A program made the position numbers and the translations under genes. A stretch of DNA of 32,000 bases from positions 1,020,001-1,052,000 of the forward strand of contig NZ_AP028907.1 of assembly GCF_036323395.1 (NCBI RefSeq), read 5' to 3'. Position 1 is the first letter of the stretch. Every line of letters begins with the position of its first letter. The stretch comes from Pyrodictium abyssi. Lineage in GTDB: Archaea; Thermoproteota; Thermoprotei_A; Sulfolobales; Pyrodictiaceae. Shown here one piece after another: positions 26,240 to 32,000 of this stretch. The notes under the pieces are model-generated. The model did not search any database. It was given only the letters and a program-made list of their open reading frames with translations, and was not told the origin of the DNA.

Positions 26240-26881
26240 GTGGGCCCGGTAATAGACGTCTTTGACAAGCTGTGGGCCCGGTACGACGCCTGGTACCAGC
26301 GCCACCGGGTGCTGGCCGAGAACGAGCTGCGCGCAGTCCAGGCCCTAGGGCTCCGTGGCCGCGGGCTCGAGGTGGGTGTCGGGACGGGCTGGTTCGCCTC
26401 CAGGCTCGGCGCAGGGTACGGCGTGGACCCGAGCCCGGGGATGCTGCGCCTGGCCCATAGGCGCGGCGTGGAGGCGGTTCTCGGCGTCGGGGAGAGGCTG
26501 CCTTTCCGCAGCGCTGTGTTCGACTACGTGCTGCTCGTGGTAACGCTGTGCTTCGTGGACGAGCCTGTGGCTGTGCTGGCTGAGGCGGCCCGCGTAGCCC
26601 GGCCAGGCGGCGCGGTGGCGGCCTGCATTGTGCCGCGGGATAGCCCCTGGGGGCGCTACTACATGGAGAAGCGCCGTGTGAGCCCATTCTACGCTGTCGC
26701 CAGGTTCTACACCGTAGAGGAGGTGGAGGCTATGATGCGGGAGGCGGGGCTAGCCGTGGAGGCCTATAGCTCGGTTCTCCGCTTCCCGCCCCATGCCGAG
26801 CCACGCCCAGAGGAGCCGGAGCCCAGCCCCCACGGCGGCTTCGTGTGCATCAAGGCCGTGAGGGGCCAGGCCTCCCCGTGA
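26240..26881 (+). CDS. class I SAM-dependent methyltransferase (Methyltransf_11-like)
   Basis: Motif I is GLEVGVGTGWF, followed by the acidic loop YGVDPSPGML and then FDYVLLV and RPGGAVAACIV. GTG 26240 is preceded by GAGGGG. The upstream part of the 306-aa ORF is antisense to HEPN and Ser/Pro-rich junk. Confidence 0.8.
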   Translation: MGPVIDVFDKLWARYDAWYQRHRVLAENELRAVQALGLRGRGLEVGVGTGWFASRLGAGYGVDPSPGMLRLAHRRGVEAVLGVGERLPFRSAVFDYVLLVVTLCFVDEPVAVLAEAARVARPGGAVAACIVPRDSPWGRYYMEKRRVSPFYAVARFYTVEEVEAMMREAGLAVEAYSSVLRFPPHAEPRPEEPEPSPHGGFVCIKAVRGQASP

Positions 26882-27452
26882 GCCGCTTCAGCGCGTTGAT
26901 GTAGGCGGCCACGTGGCTAGCTAGGTAGCTACACGGCCCGACGCTCGCATAGCCGTCTACGGGGAGGCCCTCTGGCGGGTCGACGCGGAGCCCCAGCAGG
27001 TACACAGTACCGGAGCGGTGGCCCTGAAGCCGCTCCCCCTTCTCGCTGAGCTGGAGCACCCGGTACCCCCTCGCCCGGAGCAGCCCCAGCAGCTCCGGCA
27101 GCGGTGGCGCCGGCTCCGCTCGGCGGCACTGCTGGCCCCGGAGCGCCTGGAGGAGCACCTCCCCGGACTCGTGCTCGTAGAGCATCCCCTCGGGGAGGCA
27201 GCCCGGCTCGAACACTAGCAGGAGGGGGTCATCGGAGTCCAGGTAGACTAGGAGAGCGCTATCCTCCTCCAGCGTGCCCCCGGGGTAGAGTGCTGCCAGG
27301 AGCACACGCGCAGCGATATCCAGGCGGCCGTAGCCTACGAGGCCCCTCCACCGCCGGGGAGGAGGCCCGGGTGGACGCTGGCCGTAGGCCAGCCATACCG
27401 TGTCGAGGCGGTCCCTGAGGACGGGCTCTAGCGCGCTAGTGCTGCTGTTCAA
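26850..27452 (-). CDS. trmY: SPOUT-fold tRNA (pseudouridine54-N1)-methyltransferase-like protein (TrmY/DUF358-like)
   Basis: GRLDIAARVLLAAL near the N-terminus and the C-terminal ASVGPCSYLASHVAAYINALKR parallel the GRLD...SLSP.ELHANHCI..IHN.LD landmarks I recall for M. jannaschii TrmY. TTG start. Its 3' end overlaps the methyltransferase gene by 32 nt in convergent orientation. Confidence 0.55.
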   Translation of the reverse strand: MNSSTSALEPVLRDRLDTVWLAYGQRPPGPPPRRWRGLVGYGRLDIAARVLLAALYPGGTLEEDSALLVYLDSDDPLLLVFEPGCLPEGMLYEHESGEVLLQALRGQQCRRAEPAPPLPELLGLLRARGYRVLQLSEKGERLQGHRSGTVYLLGLRVDPPEGLPVDGYASVGPCSYLASHVAAYINALKRLTGRPGPSRP

Positions 27453-27584
27453 CCCGTGTAGCAGCCCCCGTGGCCCGAGCTACATACGCAGGGAGAACAG
27501 TAGCTAGCGCCCTAAAGCTGGGCTGCACGTACTAGGGGGAGGATGCGGCTCCGTGGCCCTCCCGTGGCGGCTCGAGGCTTATCC

Positions 27585-27589
27585 AAAAA
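27585..27589 (-). terminator. T5 tract on minus strand about 60 nt downstream of the rps26e stop
   Basis: Minus strand reads CCAGGGTTTTTGGATAAG. Confidence 0.35.
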
Positions 27590-27649
27590 CCCTGGAGAGG
27601 GCCAGCGAGCACGAGCGCGCCTCTGGCGCAGGAAGGCCCTGGAGGAGGC

Positions 27650-27940
27650 CTAGACTATTGGGCCGCGTACGGCCTTGCGCTCCTCCTCCGGCCTGACCTT
27701 CACGAGGCCGTAGTGCACTGCGCAGCTGACACAGTAGCACTTCTCCACAGGGTACCTCATGATTATGGCGCCCTTCTTCTCGAGCTCGCGTGCTAGCTGC
27801 GGGTCTACCGGGGTGTACCACCTGGTGACGCAGATAGCCTTGTCGCGGGGGATTATCCTGCCGCAGTTGTCGCACTGGACGGTGCGTGTGTGGCCCTTGG
27901 ATCCCTTGTGCCTACCCCTGTTCTGCCTCTTCTTGGGCAT
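27650..27940 (-). CDS. rps26e: 30S ribosomal protein eS26
   Basis: MPKKRQNRGRHKGSKGHTRTVQCDNCGRIIPRDKAI...CYCVSCAVH is the basic N-terminus plus Cys4 zinc ribbon of eS26. ATG 27940 is preferred over the ORF-track start at 27952. Confidence 0.9.
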   Translation of the reverse strand: MPKKRQNRGRHKGSKGHTRTVQCDNCGRIIPRDKAICVTRWYTPVDPQLARELEKKGAIIMRYPVEKCYCVSCAVHYGLVKVRPEEERKAVRGPIV

Positions 27941-27975
27941 CCTAGCCCCCATGCCCCCAGAGGGCAGCCGCCGCC

Positions 27976-27982
27976 TATTTAA
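27976..27982 (-). promoter_or_regulatory. TATA box candidate (minus strand TTAAATA) for rps26e
   Basis: It lies 36-42 nt upstream of ATG 27940. Confidence 0.45.
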
Positions 27983-28123
27983 CTAGCCCGCCCCTATCCC
28001 CGCCCACGTAGCCCCCATGGGCTGCATATTACCAGCCGGCACGCCGTGATGGCCCCCGGGCGGTGCTACGCCGCGCCCGCCTCCTAGCGCTGTGTATCCG
28101 GGCGTGGGCCGGCAGCATGCGGG

Positions 28124-28129
28124 TATATA
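28124..28129 (+). promoter_or_regulatory. TATA box candidate (TATATA) for the HD-domain gene
   Basis: It lies about 60 nt upstream of GTG 28186. A purine-rich GAGGGGAAGAGGAG sits just before the start. Confidence 0.4.
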
Positions 28130-28185
28130 GCTGGATGAGGTATAGGTGGCACCGATACCGGGGGCTCTGAGGGGAAGAGGAGACA

Positions 28186-29721
28186 GTGGCGAGCGTCTGC
28201 ACCGGGATCAAGAGCTTCAAGGACCCGGTCCACGGCTACGTTGACCTCTGTAGCCGCGTCGCAGGGGTCGTCGACACCTGGATAGTGCAGAGGCTCCGCG
28301 GGATAAGGCAGACAGCCTTCGCCTACCTCGTCTACCACGGGATGGAGCATAGCCGGTTTAACCACAGCCTCGGCTCCGCCCACCTAGCCCGCGAGGTCCT
28401 CCACTTCCTCGCGGGGAATACGCGGCTCTACTACCGCAGCGCGGGCGGCCCGGAGCTGGCGGGCTACCTGCTCAGGGCGGAGGAGGTCTTCCAGCTAGCA
28501 GCCCTAGTCCACGACGCCGGGCACCTGCCCTACAGCCACTCGAGCGAGGCGGGTATAGCCGAGGCGAGGCTCATCTACCGGATAAAGGGGTTCGACAGGC
28601 TCCCCCTACGCCACGAAGAGTATACCTACAGCCTACTCCCCCACGTGGCCAGGGAGGCCGAGGAGCGCGGCGTAGAGCCGGTCTTCACCGGCAGCGTGGC
28701 CGGTGACCTAAGGCTGATACTCAGGGGCTCAGCCGCGGGGCCGGAGGCCCAGGACCTGCTAAGCGAGTGTACTGCTAGCATCCTCCACCAGCTGATAGCC
28801 GGCGGGCTAGACGTGGACAGGATGGACTACCTTATCCGCGACAGCCTCTACGCGGGGGTCCGCTACGGCGTCTTCGACGTCGACCGGCTCATAAGGGTGC
28901 TCCTCGCGACGCCCCTGCTCCGCGAAGACGGCGAAGGCCCCGGCCTTAGCCGGAACGCGTGCCGCGTCATGGTGCTGGACAAGGGCGTGAGCATAGTCGA
29001 GTCCTTCCTCCTCGCGAGGTTCTACATGTTCAGCGAGGTCTACCTCCACCGCGTGGTGGAGGCCTACAACTCAGTCTACGCGAGGCTCTTCAGCCTAATG
29101 GCCCGCGACGGCCTGGTGTGCGTAGAGCAGGGCTGCGAGCTAGACATCCCCACGCCCCAGGCAATAGCCGAGGGGAGAGAGGAGGCGCTCGAGACCTGGA
29201 GGATGCTCGACGACACAGCGATGTGGATGCTCATACGCCGCGTCCACCGGGGCCGGGCCGGGGCCAGCGAGGAGGCCAGGAGGCTCGCAGGCATGCTGGT
29301 GGAGCGCCGCCACCCCAGGGTGTACCGGGTGCTAGAGTCTCGCAGCGTATGGGGCCTTTACACCCGGTACCTAGAGGAGGCCGTGGCGCCGCCCTGGGCG
29401 CGGCCACTGCTAGACGAGCTCATAGAGATGCAGCGGGAGAACCCCCTGGTCATGATAAGGCCTCTACGCGTAGACCTCGTGAGCCTGGAGCAGCTCGGGG
29501 TCTACAGCAGGCAGCGTGGCGCTCCAGTAGAGCTCCATGACGCGGGAGCGGAGGCGCGCCGGGAGCTAGGCAGGCTACGGAGGTTCGCAGACTTGGGCCC
29601 AGAGCTGGGCTTGTACAGGATAGCTGTGTTCACCACCCAGGAGCACGAGAGCCAGGCGGAGAAGGCCATGAGGATACTCCTAGACCTACAGAGGGAGCAG
29701 GAGAAAGCAGCCAGGGCCTAG
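28186..29721 (+). CDS. HD-domain phosphohydrolase, COG1078 / SAMHD1-dGTPase-like
   Basis: FKDPVHGYV, QRLRGIRQ, HSRFNHSLGSAHLA, ALVHDAGHLPYSH and DVDRMDYLIRDSLYAGV form the H...HD...D set plus the DxDRxDYLxRD motif. 511 aa. Confidence 0.85.
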   Translation: MASVCTGIKSFKDPVHGYVDLCSRVAGVVDTWIVQRLRGIRQTAFAYLVYHGMEHSRFNHSLGSAHLAREVLHFLAGNTRLYYRSAGGPELAGYLLRAEEVFQLAALVHDAGHLPYSHSSEAGIAEARLIYRIKGFDRLPLRHEEYTYSLLPHVAREAEERGVEPVFTGSVAGDLRLILRGSAAGPEAQDLLSECTASILHQLIAGGLDVDRMDYLIRDSLYAGVRYGVFDVDRLIRVLLATPLLREDGEGPGLSRNACRVMVLDKGVSIVESFLLARFYMFSEVYLHRVVEAYNSVYARLFSLMARDGLVCVEQGCELDIPTPQAIAEGREEALETWRMLDDTAMWMLIRRVHRGRAGASEEARRLAGMLVERRHPRVYRVLESRSVWGLYTRYLEEAVAPPWARPLLDELIEMQRENPLVMIRPLRVDLVSLEQLGVYSRQRGAPVELHDAGAEARRELGRLRRFADLGPELGLYRIAVFTTQEHESQAEKAMRILLDLQREQEKAARA

Positions 29722-30641
29722 CCCTTTATGAAGAGCCTCTCGACCCTGGGCGGCCGGTAGCGGTACCTCCCAGTCCTCGACAGCCCCGTAGCCAGTAGCG
29801 GCGAGGCAGCTACAGCAGAGCCTACTAGGCCGCCTAGAATGCTCGCGGCAAGGGAGCCCGCAGCCAGGCCTACAGCAGCCGCGGCGGCCAGCCCCGTGCC
29901 CAGTACCAGCGCGGCGCCGCCGAGGACTAGCGCCCTCCTCTCCAGGGGTATCGGGTACTCCAGGTAGAGCAGGTTAGCATCCACAGCATCCACCACGGCC
30001 CGCAGGGGCTGCCCGGCTAGCGGGTGGTGGTACTCTATAAGCCACACCGGGTAGTGCGCCACGCCCACGAGCCCCGCCCGGCTCTCGACGCTGCCTCTGC
30101 ACCCGGCTAGCCGCGCCTCACCCGCAGCCCGGTACTCCACACGGGCCCGGAGTGCACTACACCTGGGCTCTGGGCTAGCGTCGGGCTGGTGGAACACGCC
30201 CCTACGCGCCCTCCGCGGGTCGTAGGGCTCCCTCCCGACGACGGGGAACCTGTAGCCGTGCTCGAGCCCCGGGAGCGGGAGCCTAGACGTGGCCAGCCAC
30301 GTCTCCTCCCGCTCCTCTCGCGCTCCCTCGCAGCCCTCCACCCAGGCCTCTGCGCTGCAGATGTAGAGCGGTAGGTAGTGGAGCTCGCTCCGGGCTAACG
30401 AGGCTGTCTCGGCTATGTCCGCTGGCGCGCCGGGGAGCATACGGGCCCGTGAAACGGCTAGGAGGAACGCCTCGCCGTCGTCGAGCCTCGGTGGGTAGTA
30501 GTACTGCCTTGTAGCCTCCTCCCCAGTCTTAGCCACGACCGTGGTCCCGCAGTACGGGCAGACGGCGTACACAGCACCCTTCGGCACCTCGAACACAGCG
30601 CCACAGTATGGGCACCGTAGCCTCCTCAAGCCCTGGGTCAC
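29718..30641 (-). CDS. zinc-ribbon protein with C-terminal Gly/Ala-rich membrane hairpin (paralogue 2), unknown function
   Basis: N-terminal RLRCPYCGAVFEV...VCPYCG (CxxC-x17-CxxC). The C-terminal ALVLGGAALVLGTGLAAAAAVGLAAGSLAASILGGLVGSAVAASPLLATGL is hydrophobic. The GTG start overlaps the upstream stop (GTGA). Confidence 0.75.
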   Translation of the reverse strand: MTQGLRRLRCPYCGAVFEVPKGAVYAVCPYCGTTVVAKTGEEATRQYYYPPRLDDGEAFLLAVSRARMLPGAPADIAETASLARSELHYLPLYICSAEAWVEGCEGAREEREETWLATSRLPLPGLEHGYRFPVVGREPYDPRRARRGVFHQPDASPEPRCSALRARVEYRAAGEARLAGCRGSVESRAGLVGVAHYPVWLIEYHHPLAGQPLRAVVDAVDANLLYLEYPIPLERRALVLGGAALVLGTGLAAAAAVGLAAGSLAASILGGLVGSAVAASPLLATGLSRTGRYRYRPPRVERLFIKG

Positions 30642-31759
30642 CTTCTCGCCAGCCTCTCAGCCTGGGTGCCTATCGTCGTGAATAGGCTGCGGAGCCACGA
30701 GCCCTCACGGCCCTTCTCTATCCTAGCCTCGCTTAGCCCAGCTCGCGCCGCGAGGTAGCCCAGCACAGCGCCGAGCCCTAGCGTGGCCCCAGCTACAGCT
30801 AGGCCCCCGACGCCGCCTCCCGCAGCCGTGTAGAGCACGGCAGCAGCTCCGCCACCACCCCCGCCGAGGAGCCCAGCGAGCATGAGGAAGAAGCTCCGCT
30901 GCCTGCCGGTCAGGGGCTCTTCGCGTAGCAGCGGGTACATGTCCCACCCGGAGAAGTAGGCGCGGTACACCCTGCCCTCGCAGACGTAGAACACCTTGGT
31001 TAGGGGGAGCAGCACCGGCCCACGGACCTCGAGCTCGGGGAACTCGCACGTGATAGTCCTATGGACAACGTTGACAGCAGTGACCGTGCCGGGGCCGTGG
31101 TAGCTGGCCCTAGCCCTCCGCCTAATCTCCGCCTCAACCCTCTCGCGGAGCCAGTCGCATGCATCGTCGCGCACGGTCTCCTCCGCCTCCTGGGGGCCGT
31201 AGTCTGCAGCGAGCGCCGTGTACTCCCCCTTCCTCCACTCCACGCTGCCCAGGCCCACGAGCTCTGGGCGCGTGGAGAGGTAGTGCTCGGCCAGCTCGTC
31301 CACAGCCTCTTCGCCGAGGCTCCTCTTGCCGCTGACTAGAGCCTCGAAGCTCTGCTCGTAGACGCCCGAGACGTGGAACGGCACGGTACGTGTCTCGGTG
31401 TAGACACGGTCGCCCTTCCTCCGGGAGACGGTGACGATGAGGAACCCGGAAGCCTCGTACCGGCTATAGAGCCGGCCACGCGCCTCGTAGAAGGGCACGA
31501 GCACGGTCTCGATACGGGCTGGCTCCACGTTGAGCCCGCGGAGGTCTGGGTCCCTGCGCGCAAGCTCCATGAAGGCCTCCCAGGCCCTATCCATGCTCGG
31601 CGGCTTAGCGGCGAACACGCTGCCGGGCTCGCCCTTAACCCAGTTGGGCTTCCCGCAGTACGGGCAGACCACGAGAACCGTGTCGGGGCCGACCCGCAGC
31701 GGTGAGCCGCAGTAGCTGCACCGCAGCCTCTGCACGCTGACCGCCGGTAAGCCAGCCAT
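30638..31759 (-). CDS. zinc-ribbon protein with C-terminal glycine-zipper membrane hairpin (paralogue 1), unknown function
   Basis: N-terminal RLRCSYCGSPLRV...VCPYCG. The C-terminus reads FFLMLAGLLGGGGGGAAAVLYTAAGGGVGGLAVAGATLGLGAVLGYLAA. ATG 31759 is preceded by GGGAGG. Confidence 0.75.
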   Translation of the reverse strand: MAGLPAVSVQRLRCSYCGSPLRVGPDTVLVVCPYCGKPNWVKGEPGSVFAAKPPSMDRAWEAFMELARRDPDLRGLNVEPARIETVLVPFYEARGRLYSRYEASGFLIVTVSRRKGDRVYTETRTVPFHVSGVYEQSFEALVSGKRSLGEEAVDELAEHYLSTRPELVGLGSVEWRKGEYTALAADYGPQEAEETVRDDACDWLRERVEAEIRRRARASYHGPGTVTAVNVVHRTITCEFPELEVRGPVLLPLTKVFYVCEGRVYRAYFSGWDMYPLLREEPLTGRQRSFFLMLAGLLGGGGGGAAAVLYTAAGGGVGGLAVAGATLGLGAVLGYLAARAGLSEARIEKGREGSWLRSLFTTIGTQAERLARR

Positions 31760-31784
31760 GCAGGCCGCCTCCCTGCCGGCCCTA

Positions 31785-32000
31785 CTAGGCCTCTAGCTGT
31801 GCTCCGCACACGGGGCAGAACCGCGCCTCAGCTGGCGCTACGTGGCCACGAGGGCACCAGAGTATCCTCTTGCCGCAGAAGGGGCAGAACCCGGCACCCC
31901 GGAGCGACGGAGGCAGCTCCCGCCCACAGTAGGGGCACCGCGGCGTATAGCTCTGCTGGCTGCCAGCCCCCCTCTGCTGCTGGGCAGCGGCAGCGCCTAC
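31785..32000 (-). CDS. C-terminal part of a double zinc-ribbon protein (partial, continues beyond the right edge)
   Basis: Not in the ORF track because it has no start in the window. My translation of the minus strand is ...AAAAQQQRGAGSQQSYTPRCPYCGRELPPSLRGAGFCPFCGKRILWCPRGHVAPAEARFCPVCGAQLEA*. The stop TAG is at 31785-31787, 25 nt before the next gene. Confidence 0.6.
   Translation of the reverse strand, partial: VGAAAAQQQRGAGSQQSYTPRCPYCGRELPPSLRGAGFCPFCGKRILWCPRGHVAPAEARFCPVCGAQLEA

Noticed and set aside
26187-26687. 166-aa ORF antisense to the SAM methyltransferase
   Set aside because: It is a Pro/Arg/Ala/Gly low-complexity sequence, antisense to a gene with clear motif I.
28959-29540. 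193-aa plus-strand ORF inside the HD-domain gene
   Set aside because: It is an Arg/Gly/Pro-rich off-frame read. The HD frame carries the conserved motifs.

Overview
High-GC archaeal chromosome segment. Gene content, TATA-box promoters, frequent GTG/TTG starts and AGG/ATA/CTA-rich codon usage point to a hyperthermophilic crenarchaeon (Thermoproteota); the species cannot be assigned from sequence alone. Most of the window is housekeeping: Rio1 kinase plus a KH (Dim2-like) protein, a cytochrome bd-family oxidase of the CydA/CydA' type, a CDC48/VCP AAA ATPase, a FucI-like isomerase-fold protein and a COG2403 P-loop protein. It also holds a fragmented A1Ao (A/V-type) ATP synthase cluster (H-C | I | F-E-A-B-D | K) interrupted by dtdA, then ProRS, eS26, a TrmY-like and a class I SAM methyltransferase, and an HD (SAMHD1-like) phosphohydrolase. 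Two parts look accessory. The first is an A/T-richer islet (about 23.4-26.3 kb) with an RHH protein, a signal-peptide mini-ORF separated by a frame break from a 472-aa Cys-rich orphan, and an overlapping HEPN-MNT toxin-antitoxin pair. The second, at the right edge, is a translationally coupled operon of three zinc-ribbon proteins. Two of them are paralogous ZnR plus glycine-zipper membrane proteins that I cannot place in any named family; this is my best candidate for an undescribed system. No rRNA, tRNA, CRISPR array, transposase or integrase was recognised. All calls come from reading the translations; no database search was possible.
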